In this document: positions 1-9,134 of the stretch, piece after piece
How the letters are laid out: each line of letters opens with the position of its first letter
Position numbering within the stretch: position 1 is the first letter of the stretch
Virus record (IMG/VR): IMGVR_UViG_3300050331_000118
Location: 1 to 37,094 of that record
Direction: 5' to 3' (one strand)
DNA: 37,094 bases
Origin: a virus
Lineage: Duplodnaviria; Caudoviricetes
Position numbers and translations under genes: made by a program
Notes under the pieces: model-generated
Database searches by the model: none
The model's input: only the letters and a program-made list of their open reading frames with translations
Told to the model about the DNA's origin: nothing

Positions 1-873
1 ATGAGCACCCGGTCAACGAAAACGGCAATAGCCGACACGATGGCCGGGACAAGGCTGATCCGCGCGAATATCTCGGACATCCGGGTCGGTGCGCGGCTGC
101 GCCGGGTGCTGCCCGACCGGGTCGAGGCGCTGCGCGCGAGCTTTGCCGAAAAGGGGCAGTTGGTGCCAATCGACCTCGTCGAGGTCGATGGCGGCATGCG
201 CCTGGTCTACGGCGCCCACCGCCTGGCGGCGCGCGCGGCCGATGGCGCCGAGGACGTCCTTGCCGTGCTGCATCCGCGCGGGACGTTCGGCAGCGAGACA
301 GAGCTCCTGCTGCGCGAAGTCGCCGAGAACTTCGATCGCTTCGAACTGACCGTGCTGGAGCGGGCGGCGAACGTCGCCGCGCTGCGCGACATCCACTTGG
401 CCGAGCATGGGCAGGCAAAGCGGGGGCCAAAGCCGAAGCAGACCGTCGACGCGGCGATAGACGAGATTAGTGCCAAGTTGGCACTGAATTTCCCCGAGGT
501 CGTGCAGCGCGTCCTGAAGCTGTCCCGGCGCGATGTTTTCCGCGCCTTGAAAGTTGCTTCAATCGCGCCCGATCTGCGCGACCGGCTCGCAGCCCATGCC
601 ATTGCCGACAACCAATCCGAACTGCTCGCCATCGCGGCGGAAACGCCAGCGCGCCAGCATCGCATCGTCGAACTGCTGACGGCCGACGAGACGCCTGCCG
701 ACAGCGTCGCCGAGGCGCTCGCGATCATCGACCAGTTGCCGCCGCCGGTGGTGCTCCGCCCCTACGAACGTCTTTCCGAGGGCTTCTCCCGGCTCAAGCC
801 CGACGAGCGCGCCCGCTTCTTCGAGATGCATGCCGACGACATCGACCGCTGGCTGGCGGCAAGGGGCAAGTAA
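1..873 (+). CDS. ParB/Srx N-terminal domain (ParB-like) protein
   Basis: ParB-N pattern: RLRRV..VEAL..SF...GQLVPI, LVYGAHRLAA (GxxR box), ENFDRFELT..ERA, followed by a helical/HTH-like region. Confidence 0.85.
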   Translation: MSTRSTKTAIADTMAGTRLIRANISDIRVGARLRRVLPDRVEALRASFAEKGQLVPIDLVEVDGGMRLVYGAHRLAARAADGAEDVLAVLHPRGTFGSETELLLREVAENFDRFELTVLERAANVAALRDIHLAEHGQAKRGPKPKQTVDAAIDEISAKLALNFPEVVQRVLKLSRRDVFRALKVASIAPDLRDRLAAHAIADNQSELLAIAAETPARQHRIVELLTADETPADSVAEALAIIDQLPPPVVLRPYERLSEGFSRLKPDERARFFEMHADDIDRWLAARGK

Positions 874-874
874 G

Positions 875-1342
875 ATGGTACGCGACCGCGGCGACAGAGC
901 CACCAGCGACCTGTTCTCCTGGGAACCGCCCCCGGTAGCGGTAGGCTACAGCGAAGAGGTCTCCGGCCGGGGTGAATTGCAGAACCGTATTGCCCGGCTG
1001 ATCTCCCGCGCCCTGCGGGATGCGCGAGACGACGGCAAGCCCCGCGGCCAGGTGGCCCAGGAACTCGGCCGGGAGTTGGGGCGGACCGTATCCGAGGACA
1101 TGCTGGACAAGTGGGCCAGCGAGGCGAGCGAGGCGCACCGCATCCCTCTCGATGCGTTCATCGCCCTGATCCGCGTTACCGGTGCCCACCAGCTGCTCGG
1201 GTTCGTGCCCGAGATGTTCGGTTTCGTTGTCGTCGAGAAAAAATACGAGGCGATCATCGAGCTGCAGCTGCTCGAGGAGCACGAGCGCGAGATAGCAGCC
1301 TACAAAGCGCGCGTCAGTGCCAAGCTGAGGGCGCAGCGGTGA
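875..1342 (+). CDS. Small early regulatory/DNA-binding protein (CII-like)
   Basis: ATG 2 nt after the ParB stop; HTH-like segment RGQVAQELGRELGRTVSEDMLDKWASE; GTGA overlap with the transposase. Confidence 0.65.
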   Translation: MVRDRGDRATSDLFSWEPPPVAVGYSEEVSGRGELQNRIARLISRALRDARDDGKPRGQVAQELGRELGRTVSEDMLDKWASEASEAHRIPLDAFIALIRVTGAHQLLGFVPEMFGFVVVEKKYEAIIELQLLEEHEREIAAYKARVSAKLRAQR

Positions 1343-3528
1343 CGCCGACCATCGCCGCCTTGAAGGAATGGCTGACGGCGCGCGAGATCGCCGATGCCGG
1401 TTTTGTCGAGCTCCCGGGAACAGAGAGCGCCGTAGTACGCTTGGCCAAGCGGGAAGGCTGGGACGAGCACCCCGCCTTCGCGCGTCGCCGTGCGGGCCGC
1501 GGCGGCGGCATGGAATACAGCATCCGACTGTTGCCCGCGCTGGCGCAAATCCAGTGGGCCGACAGGCACCTGGTGGTGAGCCGGCCGGAGCCGGAGCCCG
1601 AGGTCGGTTTGGTCGCCACGGCCGTTGGCGCAGCGCTGTCGGACCGGGCCCAGCGCGAGCGCGACGCGCGGCTCGCTATCGTCGCCGCCTTCGAAGCCTG
1701 GTCGCGCGGGCAGCGCCTGCGGTTCATGGCCCGGGTGCACCTGTTTTCGAGCAAGTACCGGGCCGGCTCCCTGCAGGTCGACACGTGGGTGAAGGACACC
1801 ATCCCCGCGTTCTCCGAGCGCTCGCTGATCCGTTGGTACTCGGCAAGGAAGGCCGGCCGCACCGACAGCCTGGCCGTCGACCGCGGCGCGGCCCGCAAGG
1901 GCACCGGCAAGCTCGAGACCGCCAATGACGGCCAGGTCAAGACCTTCATCCTGGCGCTGATCGCGCACCAGCCGCACCTCGCCGCGCACGACGTGCGCGA
2001 CCAGGTGGAGGACCGGTTCGGGCGCACGATCGAGGTCCGTGGCCGGCACGAAGCGCTCCCGCCGGTGCGCGCCTTCCAGCGCACCATCGCGGCGCTCAAG
2101 GCGTCGCATAAGGTCGCCCTCACCAAGGCGACCAATCCGGACCTCTACCGCTCGACCATGGCGCCGGCCGGCACCGGCACGTTGCGCCACATCACCGAGC
2201 CGAATGCACTGTGGATGATCGACGCCTCGCCCGTCGACGTGCTGTGCACCGATGGCCGGCATTCGATGTATGGCTGCATCGACATTGCCACTCGGCGCTT
2301 CGTGATCACCGTTTCGAAGACGCCGCGCGCCTCGGCCGTGGCTTTGATGATCCGCAAAGCGATCCTCGCCTGGGGCGTGCCCGAAACGATCAAGACCGAC
2401 AACGGCTCCGACTTCGTCGCCCGCGATACCAGGCGGCTGTTCGCCTCGCTCGGCATCGAAATGGACGTGTCCGACGCCTACTCGCCGCAGCAGAAGGGCC
2501 ATATCGAGCGGGCGATCAGGACGTTCCAGCACAATGTCGGGCCGCTGCTGCCCGGCTTCATCGGGCACTCGGTGGCGGATCGAAAGGCGATCGAGGCGCG
2601 CAAGAGCTTCGCGCAGCGCCTCGGCGAGAGCGAAGCCGACACGTTCGGGGTCGCGATCTCGTCGGCGGAGCTGCAGCGCTATGTCGACCAGTGGCTCGAG
2701 CAGGTGTACCAGCACCGCCCCCACGCGGGTCTCAAGGGCCGGTCGCCGTTCGAGCGAGCGGCGGAATCGCGGGCCTCGATCCGGACGGTGGACGAGCGCG
2801 CCCTCGATCTGCTGCTGATGCCGGTGGCCGGCAAGGATGGCCGCCGTACGGTCACCAAGTTCGGGGTCCGCATCGACGGCTACCACTACCAGACACCGAC
2901 GATCCTGCCTGGCGCCGAGGTCCTCGTGCGCATGGACCCCAACGACGCTGGCCGCGCCTATGCATTCGCGGCCGATGGCGGCGAGTACCTGGGCGAGGCT
3001 CTATGCGCCGAGCTGCGTGGCCTGCACCCGGCGACGCTGCAGAAGGCGACGCGCGAGGCGCATGCCGAGATCATCGGCGGCCACATAGCGCAGGCCAAGG
3101 CCGATATCCGCAAGCTGGGGAAGAAGCCGCTGATCGAGGCGGCCCTGCGGGTCGCGGCGAGCAAGGTGCCGAATGTGATCCCGCTCCCCAGGCGCGAGGA
3201 ACAGCATTCGACGCCGCAGATCGAGGCGGCGATCGCCGCCATGGCCGGGGAGCCGGTCAAGCCGGTGACCAGCAACGAGATCGACGAGTTTCATGCCCGC
3301 CAGCTGTCGGAGGCGGAGAACGCACCGCCGGCCAATGTCCGCAGGCTGCGGCAGACCGAAACCCCACACCAGCGCTTCGCGCGCGCCCTCGACGTCGAGG
3401 GGCGGCTGTCCGCCGCCCAGCCGGTGGAAGAGCGCGAGCTGGGATGGCTGGAGGCCTACCGCACGGGCGTCGAGTACCGCTCGATGCGGGAGAGCTGGGA
3501 AGAGAGCAACGGCTCGATGAGCCTGTAG
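1339..3528 (+). CDS. Mu-type DDE transposase (MuA-like)
   Basis: N-terminal Mu DNA-binding domain (EWLTAREIA..LPGT...GRGGGMEY); catalytic motifs WMIDAS, KTDNGSDF, KGHIER; C-terminal Mu-transposase-like region. Start chosen at the GTG overlapping the upstream TGA. Confidence 0.93.
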   Translation: MTPTIAALKEWLTAREIADAGFVELPGTESAVVRLAKREGWDEHPAFARRRAGRGGGMEYSIRLLPALAQIQWADRHLVVSRPEPEPEVGLVATAVGAALSDRAQRERDARLAIVAAFEAWSRGQRLRFMARVHLFSSKYRAGSLQVDTWVKDTIPAFSERSLIRWYSARKAGRTDSLAVDRGAARKGTGKLETANDGQVKTFILALIAHQPHLAAHDVRDQVEDRFGRTIEVRGRHEALPPVRAFQRTIAALKASHKVALTKATNPDLYRSTMAPAGTGTLRHITEPNALWMIDASPVDVLCTDGRHSMYGCIDIATRRFVITVSKTPRASAVALMIRKAILAWGVPETIKTDNGSDFVARDTRRLFASLGIEMDVSDAYSPQQKGHIERAIRTFQHNVGPLLPGFIGHSVADRKAIEARKSFAQRLGESEADTFGVAISSAELQRYVDQWLEQVYQHRPHAGLKGRSPFERAAESRASIRTVDERALDLLLMPVAGKDGRRTVTKFGVRIDGYHYQTPTILPGAEVLVRMDPNDAGRAYAFAADGGEYLGEALCAELRGLHPATLQKATREAHAEIIGGHIAQAKADIRKLGKKPLIEAALRVAASKVPNVIPLPRREEQHSTPQIEAAIAAMAGEPVKPVTSNEIDEFHARQLSEAENAPPANVRRLRQTETPHQRFARALDVEGRLSAAQPVEERELGWLEAYRTGVEYRSMRESWEESNGSMSL

Positions 3529-3530
3529 CA

Positions 3531-3561
3531 GGAAAGAAAAAGCCCCGGTTGCAGCCGGGGC
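3531..3561 (-). terminator. Intrinsic terminator-like hairpin on the minus strand between the A and B genes
   Basis: Minus strand reads GCCCCGG-CTGCAA-CCGGGGC followed by TTTTTCTTT. Confidence 0.55.
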
Positions 3562-3588
3562 CTCAACGGTGACGAAGAGGACGCGAAT

Positions 3589-4335
3589 ATGACGACTGCC
3601 AACCTACCGGTCAAGAGCCAGGCTCCGGTGATGCTGAAGAACGTTTCGGCATTCCTGCTCCTGGCCGACAAGCTGATCGACCGGCCTGCCGGGCTGTCCG
3701 GCTTCGGATGCTTCTCGGGCTATTCGGGCCTGGGCAAGTCCATGGCCTGCCAGCACGTGCAGAACAAGCGCCAGGCGATCTACCTCGAGTTCCGCGACTG
3801 GTGGACGCGCAAGGTGTTCCTGGAGAACCTGCTCGCCGAGCTCGGCGTGATGACGCCACCCCGCCTGATCGCCGACATGATGCGGCGGATCATTGCCATC
3901 CTGGGCGACGATCCTGACCGGCTCCTCATCCTCGACGAGGCCGACAAGCTCGTCGACAAGGGCATGGTCGAGCTGGTGCGCAGTCTGCAGGCCGACACGC
4001 AGATCCCGATCGTGCTCGTCGGCGAAGAGCTGCTGCCGCAAAAGCTCAAGTCCGTTGAACGCGTCTTCAACCGCGTACTTGAGTGGGGCCTGGCGCAGCC
4101 CTGCGACCTCGCCGACGCCAAGCTGCTGGCCGGCCGCTGGTGCGGCGGCGTCGCGATCGATGACGGTCTGCTCGAGGAGATGATCCGCAAGGCCGGCGGC
4201 AATGCTCGCAAGATTGCGTCCTCGCTCAACATGGCGCGCAACTTCGCCGCCAATACCGGCCTTAAGGCGCTCGATCTCGACAACTACGACGGCGGCTTCT
4301 TCACCGGCGAACCGCTTACCCGGGCGAGGCGGTGA
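3589..4335 (+). CDS. MuB-like AAA+ ATPase (transposition target-capture protein)
   Basis: Walker A GYSGLGKS, Walker B LLILDEAD, GGNARK sensor region; directly follows the transposase; GAGGA RBS. Confidence 0.9.
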   Translation: MTTANLPVKSQAPVMLKNVSAFLLLADKLIDRPAGLSGFGCFSGYSGLGKSMACQHVQNKRQAIYLEFRDWWTRKVFLENLLAELGVMTPPRLIADMMRRIIAILGDDPDRLLILDEADKLVDKGMVELVRSLQADTQIPIVLVGEELLPQKLKSVERVFNRVLEWGLAQPCDLADAKLLAGRWCGGVAIDDGLLEEMIRKAGGNARKIASSLNMARNFAANTGLKALDLDNYDGGFFTGEPLTRARR

Positions 4336-4994
4336 GCGTCATGACAATCTTCGAAATCGACCTCAAAGGCGCCCGTCTCAAGGGCTATGACCACTACTGG
4401 CGCGTGATCCGCGAACTGGGTGCCGACGGCGCCGAGTTCACGATCGCGGACGTCGTCCAGCAATCCAACGCACACCCCGACAGCGTGGGCGACTATATCC
4501 GCCGCCTGACGCGCACCACGCCGCCCATCCTCGAACACGTCGGCTGGCGCCAGGTGCGCAACCCGCGCTGGCGCCCGGGCGTGTGGACCAAGGCGCGCAC
4601 CTTCCGCCTGCTGCAGAGCCCACGCGAGACGCCGTCCGTGCGTCGCAACGGCGAAGAGAGCCGCTACGGCCGCATCCGCCAGCACATGTGGAACATCCTG
4701 CGCGGGCCGCAGGGGCGCGCGGGGATCGACGCGCGCGAACTGGTGATGCTGGCCGAGACGGAAGAATTCCCGATCGCACTCGGCACCGCCAAGGAGTACC
4801 TGCAGAAGCTGGAGGCCGCCGGGTATCTGTCCGTCGAGCAGGTGGCAGCCCAGCACCGCCTTACCCGCTACCGCCTCCGGCCGTCGATGAATACCGGGCC
4901 AAAGGCACCCAAGCTGCTCAAGACGCGGGTGGTCTACGACCCCAACCGGAAAGTGATCGTCGGCACCGCTCTAGCCGAGGAGGCGTCGCCATGA
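4332..4994 (+). CDS. Conserved Mu-like early protein, probably tandem winged-HTH
   Basis: Two similar HTH-like repeats (FTIADVV..SVGDYIRRL; IDARELV..TAKEYLQKLEAAGYL) and a NTGPKAP..VYDPN tail; coupled to MuB. Confidence 0.7.
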   Translation: MSVMTIFEIDLKGARLKGYDHYWRVIRELGADGAEFTIADVVQQSNAHPDSVGDYIRRLTRTTPPILEHVGWRQVRNPRWRPGVWTKARTFRLLQSPRETPSVRRNGEESRYGRIRQHMWNILRGPQGRAGIDARELVMLAETEEFPIALGTAKEYLQKLEAAGYLSVEQVAAQHRLTRYRLRPSMNTGPKAPKLLKTRVVYDPNRKVIVGTALAEEASP

Positions 4995-5416
4995 CCCCGG
5001 GGCCGCAGAAGGGCCGCGGCGCCAATGGCGCCGATGGTCTCAGTTTCGTCGAGAAGGCCACGCGCGCCTGGGGAGCGCCGCTGCCCGAGTGGGTCGAGGC
5101 GCTGGCGCAACTCGCCGACGCGCAGGGGCTCACAGCGGCGGGCAAGGCGATCGACTATTCCGGCTCGCTCGTCTCACAGGTGCTCGCCAACAAGTACGCC
5201 GGGGACGTCGGCCTGGTCGAGGAGAAGGTCCGCGGTGCCCTGCTCGGCCTCACCGTCGAGTGCCCGCGCCTCGGCGAAATGACCCGCAGCGTCTGCCTCG
5301 AATGGCAGAAAAAGCCGCTCGCCCACACCTCGTCGCTGCGCGTCGAAATGTACCACGCCTGCCGCAGCGGCTGCCCGCATTCGCGCCTGACAGGAGGCAC
5401 CGATGACCGCAAATGA
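4991..5416 (+). CDS. Putative HTH regulator with C-terminal Cys/His cluster
   Basis: ATGA overlap with GGAGG RBS; AAGKAIDYSGSLVSQVLANKY HTH-like segment; CPRLG..C..W...ACRSGCPH. Confidence 0.7.
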   Translation: MTPGPQKGRGANGADGLSFVEKATRAWGAPLPEWVEALAQLADAQGLTAAGKAIDYSGSLVSQVLANKYAGDVGLVEEKVRGALLGLTVECPRLGEMTRSVCLEWQKKPLAHTSSLRVEMYHACRSGCPHSRLTGGTDDRK

Positions 5417-5918
5417 CCTCATGGGCCGCTACGCCGACGTGCAGCTGGCCATCGACGGGCTGCTGCAGCTTTCGCGGGTGGTGCGCGAGCACGCCGTGCC
5501 GCTTCCCGGCGACCTTAAGCTGATCGAGGACGGGCTGTTCGAGGTCGGGCACGAGCTGCTCGAAATCGCTGGCGCGCTCAAGGCCGAAGCCGAGGCCGCG
5601 CAGGCCGAGAACGAGGCGGCCCTGGAACTGCTCGAGCAGTGCCAGACGCTGCTCGCCAGGTACGAGCAGCAGGCCGAGGAGAACGGGCTGGTGCCCGCCA
5701 TCCTGGCCGACCGCGCCCTGCGCGGTGCACCGGCCGAAAGCTTCCAGACGGAACGCTACGAGGTCGAGATCAACGCGGAGGCGGGCGTGGCCGTGGTGCG
5801 GGAGCGTCGCCCCGCGCTGCTCCCTGCGAACGTGGTCGCACTGCCCACCGGTCTCGCCCGCGAAATCTACCGGCAGGGCCGGCCGCGTCTGGGCCCGGAG
5901 ACGGGAGGTGCGGCATGA
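5403..5918 (+). CDS. Hypothetical protein
   Basis: AGGAGG RBS, phage-like codon use, coupled to the next gene. Confidence 0.65.
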   Translation: MTANDLMGRYADVQLAIDGLLQLSRVVREHAVPLPGDLKLIEDGLFEVGHELLEIAGALKAEAEAAQAENEAALELLEQCQTLLARYEQQAEENGLVPAILADRALRGAPAESFQTERYEVEINAEAGVAVVRERRPALLPANVVALPTGLAREIYRQGRPRLGPETGGAA

Positions 5919-6259
5919 CCCGCGGTCTGGCTGATACCTGGCAGGTCGACGTTCACGACGTCGCCCGCCGCATGCTGGCGAGCCCCGCGGGGCTCGCATC
6001 GCTCACACGCCTCGAGGCGGTGGCGCTCGCCGGCTTCGTCATCCAGCAAAATGACGGCGACGCGCCCGAACTCCGGGCGCCGGCAGATCCGTTCGAGCGA
6101 GCGCTGCCGGCGTCGCTGGCGGCGGCCGTCGCCCGGTTCATCCGGGCGTACGAGGAGGCGCTGCAGAACAGCACCCTGGTCGGGGGCTGGCAGGACGACA
6201 GCGACGCCGCTTTCAACACCCTCAAAACCCGCTTTGAACAGGAGTTTCCGAATGTCTGA
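5915..6259 (+). CDS. Hypothetical protein
   Basis: GGAGGT RBS and ATGA overlap. Confidence 0.6.
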   Translation: MTRGLADTWQVDVHDVARRMLASPAGLASLTRLEAVALAGFVIQQNDGDAPELRAPADPFERALPASLAAAVARFIRAYEEALQNSTLVGGWQDDSDAAFNTLKTRFEQEFPNV

Positions 6260-6914
6260 ACTCACCCCGCCGACCGATCATCAGCCTGCCCCGGACGGCA
6301 CCATCATCATCGGCGGCAAGTCGTACATGCCGGACGCCCGCGGCGGCTTCGTGCCGGTGGAGACCATCCGGCCCGAGGATCGTCTCGAGGATGAGGTCGT
6401 CCGAAAGGTGATCAGCTTTGCCCGCGAGCTGTCGGCGCAGATCTCGCGCTTCAAGGGCCACACATTCGAAGACCTCTCCAGCTTCGACCAGCTGCTGGAT
6501 CAGCAGTATCAGGTGAAGCGGCGGGGGACGAAAGGCAATCGTACCTACATGTCGCATGACGGCCTGCTCAAGGTGCAGGTCGCCGTGGCCGACCAGATCG
6601 AGTTCGGCCCCGGCCTGCAGCAGGCCAAGGCCCTCATCGACGAATGCCTGGTCGAGTGGACGGACGAAGGCAGGGTCGAGATCCGCGCGATCGTGTTGCG
6701 AGCCTTCAACGTGGACAAGGGCGGGCTCATCAACAAGGCTGAGCTCTTCAGCCTCCTACGCCTCAGCATCGACGACGAGCGCTGGCAGCGGGCGATGGAG
6801 GCGATCCGCGACGCGATCCGGATCGTCGGCTCCAAGCAGTATTTCCGCTTCTACGAGCGCTCGGAGCCGGGCGGTCGGTGGACGGCCATTACCGTCGACC
6901 TGGCGCAGGCATAG
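6252..6914 (+). CDS. DUF3164-family protein (Mu-like phage early protein)
   Basis: YMPDARG..VP.E.IRPED.LED, KGNRT..SHDG, FGPGLQQAKALIDECL.EW, AF.VDK.G.IN, WQRAMEAI.D...GSKQY.RFYER; AGGAG RBS. Confidence 0.85.
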   Translation: MSELTPPTDHQPAPDGTIIIGGKSYMPDARGGFVPVETIRPEDRLEDEVVRKVISFARELSAQISRFKGHTFEDLSSFDQLLDQQYQVKRRGTKGNRTYMSHDGLLKVQVAVADQIEFGPGLQQAKALIDECLVEWTDEGRVEIRAIVLRAFNVDKGGLINKAELFSLLRLSIDDERWQRAMEAIRDAIRIVGSKQYFRFYERSEPGGRWTAITVDLAQA

Positions 6915-6923
6915 GGGGCGAGG

Positions 6924-7130
6924 ATGGCCAAGGTCAGAACTCACCTCAGCAGAGCGTTTGTGTCCGTCGACCTCGCGGGGACCTATGCGGCCGATGGGGC
7001 CTTTCACAGTGCCGCGCGCTGTCTCCGGCAGGCCGTCGATCATATGGAGAAGGCAGCGGCGCAGAGCGATCGCGACCATTGCCACCTGTTCGAGAGGCAC
7101 GCCCTCTCGGAGAGCGAGGTCGCGTCATGA
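6924..7130 (+). CDS. Small hypothetical protein
   Basis: GAGG RBS; fills the gap and overlaps the next gene by ATGA. Confidence 0.5.
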   Translation: MAKVRTHLSRAFVSVDLAGTYAADGAFHSAARCLRQAVDHMEKAAAQSDRDHCHLFERHALSESEVAS

Positions 7131-7375
7131 AACTCCCGCTCACGCAACTCGTCCCCATCGTCGAGCGCCTGCAGCAGGCCCATTCCTCGGCACCGCAAGT
7201 CGTCGTGGATGTCCTGACCGCCATGCACGGCGCCCGGGTCCGCTACATCGCCGGCACCTATGAGCTGCGCATGGGCGGCGTCGCCGGAACGTCCACTTCG
7301 GGCAGCGACAATGGGCTGCTCGGGAGCTGGCTGCGCGCGGCACGCCGCAAGCTGGAGAGGAGCGCGGGCAAGTGA
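7127..7375 (+). CDS. Small hypothetical protein
   Basis: GAGGT RBS, overlap-coupled at both ends. Confidence 0.6.
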   Translation: MKLPLTQLVPIVERLQQAHSSAPQVVVDVLTAMHGARVRYIAGTYELRMGGVAGTSTSGSDNGLLGSWLRAARRKLERSAGK

Positions 7376-7761
7376 TCGACATCCGCATCCCCCGCACCGT
7401 GCCGCAGATCCCCGCCCGGCAGGCGGCCCGGTTCGCGCCGGCGGCGTCGCGCCAAGAGGCGCCGGCTGCCATGGACGGGCTGTTCCCGATCGCCCGGCAG
7501 ATCCTTGCGGCCGAGACCGATCGCGCTTGTGCCGCGATCCTGCTGCGCCTCGCCGACGACACGCTGGTGACCAAGGGCCAGGTGCTCCGCGAGGCGTGCC
7601 TTGCTGCCGGTTTCGGCATGGGCACGCAGTTTCTCGACATCCGCCTCGCGGCGTTGTCCGCGGTGCGCGACCGCGAGGGCAGGCTGCCCGAGCAGCACGT
7701 GCGCGCTGTCGAGAACTGGCGCCGCGGCCTGGTCGCCCTGGCCCAGGGAGGTGCGGCATGA
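7372..7761 (+). CDS. Hypothetical protein
   Basis: GAGGAG RBS, GTGA overlap. Confidence 0.6.
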   Translation: MIDIRIPRTVPQIPARQAARFAPAASRQEAPAAMDGLFPIARQILAAETDRACAAILLRLADDTLVTKGQVLREACLAAGFGMGTQFLDIRLAALSAVRDREGRLPEQHVRAVENWRRGLVALAQGGAA

Positions 7762-7994
7762 CGAACGAGCTGACGAAATCGGATATCGACCGACTGTGGG
7801 AGCTCCGCGACTACGGCCCGGCCGTACGCAATGCAGGTGACGGTTGGAAGCTCAACGGCTCGAACCGGCGCCGCGATGGCATGGAGAAGCTCATCAGGCA
7901 CGGTTATGCGCGGGAGCTGGGCACCGGCCGCAAGGCGGAGGTCCGCATCACCGACGCCGGCCGGGCGAGGCTTGTGAAGGCATACAGCAAATGA
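7758..7994 (+). CDS. Small winged-helix-like hypothetical protein
   Basis: GGAGGT RBS; EKLIRHGYA....VRITDAGRARL resembles a wHTH wing. Confidence 0.6.
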   Translation: MTNELTKSDIDRLWELRDYGPAVRNAGDGWKLNGSNRRRDGMEKLIRHGYARELGTGRKAEVRITDAGRARLVKAYSK

Positions 7995-8164
7995 GCAAGC
8001 CGCTCCTCACCATCCGCGCCACCATCACCCGCGAGGGCAAGCGCCAGGTCGCGTTCGAGACCGATGTCGACCGGCCCAGGAACCCGACCCCGCAGGCCTT
8101 TGCCAAAAAGATCGACGCCGCCTTTTCCGAAGTCCGCAAGGCCGTCGAGGAGGAATTGCTGTGA
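7991..8164 (+). CDS. Small hypothetical protein
   Basis: ATGA and GTGA overlaps at both ends. Confidence 0.5.
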   Translation: MSKPLLTIRATITREGKRQVAFETDVDRPRNPTPQAFAKKIDAAFSEVRKAVEEELL

Positions 8165-8745
8165 GCACAATCGCCGCCATCTACGGCGCCCGCAAGAGCG
8201 CCGGCCTCGACGACGACACCGCCCGCGACCTGTACCAGCGCGAGACCGGCAAGCGCTCGCTGCGCCTGATGACGCCGGGCGAGCAGGTGCGGGTGCTGCA
8301 GGCGCTCAACCGAGCGGCCAGCCCAGCCGCGAGGCAAGTCGGCGGGCCCTACGCGAAGAAGCTGCAGGCGCTGTGGCTCGATGCCTTCAACCTCGGCATC
8401 GTCCATGACCGGCGCGACAGCGCCATGCTCGCCTTCGTTGCCCGGCAGAGCGGCATCGAGCGCACAGAATTCCTGCGCGAGGCGGGCGCGGCGCGCAAGG
8501 CTGTCGAGGGGCTGAAGGCATGGATTGCGCGGGCCGGCGGCGTCGAATGGGCGGACCATGATGACGCGATGGACGCCGTCATCGCCGCCCAGGCGCGGAA
8601 GCTCGGGCTCAACGGTTTGCTGCTCGAGGAAGCCAGCAGGGAAGCACAGGCCTATCTCGCCTGGCGCGGCGGCGAACTCGGCCGAGGCGACAAGATCGGG
8701 ATCATGCAGCTGCTCGGCGAGCGCATCCGCGGGGAGGCGCGCTGA
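8161..8745 (+). CDS. gemA: GemA-like (Mu gp16, DUF1018) regulatory protein
   Basis: AIYGARK..GLDDD..R......TGKRSLR.M...E...VL, KKLQALW, AL.AFV.RQ.G, AVEGLKAW. Confidence 0.85.
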   Translation: MSTIAAIYGARKSAGLDDDTARDLYQRETGKRSLRLMTPGEQVRVLQALNRAASPAARQVGGPYAKKLQALWLDAFNLGIVHDRRDSAMLAFVARQSGIERTEFLREAGAARKAVEGLKAWIARAGGVEWADHDDAMDAVIAAQARKLGLNGLLLEEASREAQAYLAWRGGELGRGDKIGIMQLLGERIRGEAR

Positions 8746-9134
8746 TGGTCGCCTACAACTTCAAGTCTTCATTCGTCGATCAGATCTCCGCCCGGACGAA
8801 GCGCCAGACGGTTCGCCACCAGGGCGGAAAGCGCCACGCGCGCCCTGGTGAACGTGTCCAACTCTACACCGGTCTGCGCACCAGGCACGCGAGGAAGATC
8901 ATCCCCGACCCGGTTTGTATCCGCGTCGCGCAGATCGTCATCCCGGTCGGGCGGGCCTATGAGGCAAAGGTAGGCCGCATCGAGCTCGATGGCATCCCAC
9001 TCGCCGACGATGAGATGGAGGCTTTCGCCTGGGCGGACGGCTTCCTCAGCCTCAGACACTTTGGCCGGTTCTGGCTGGCGACCCATGGCGAAGGCCTCTT
9101 CACCGGCGTCGTCATCTACTGGGCAGACGCATGA
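8745..9134 (+). CDS. ASCH-domain protein
   Basis: F...FV.QI...TKRQTVR...PGE.VQLYTG.RT; AFAWADGF; VVIYW. Confidence 0.75.
   Translation: MVAYNFKSSFVDQISARTKRQTVRHQGGKRHARPGERVQLYTGLRTRHARKIIPDPVCIRVAQIVIPVGRAYEAKVGRIELDGIPLADDEMEAFAWADGFLSLRHFGRFWLATHGEGLFTGVVIYWADA

Noticed and set aside
1-60. Mu-type terminal TG...CA ends and transposase binding sites
   Set aside because: The window starts at an ATG and ends at a stop codon, so it is trimmed to genes; the ends and repressor are not visible.
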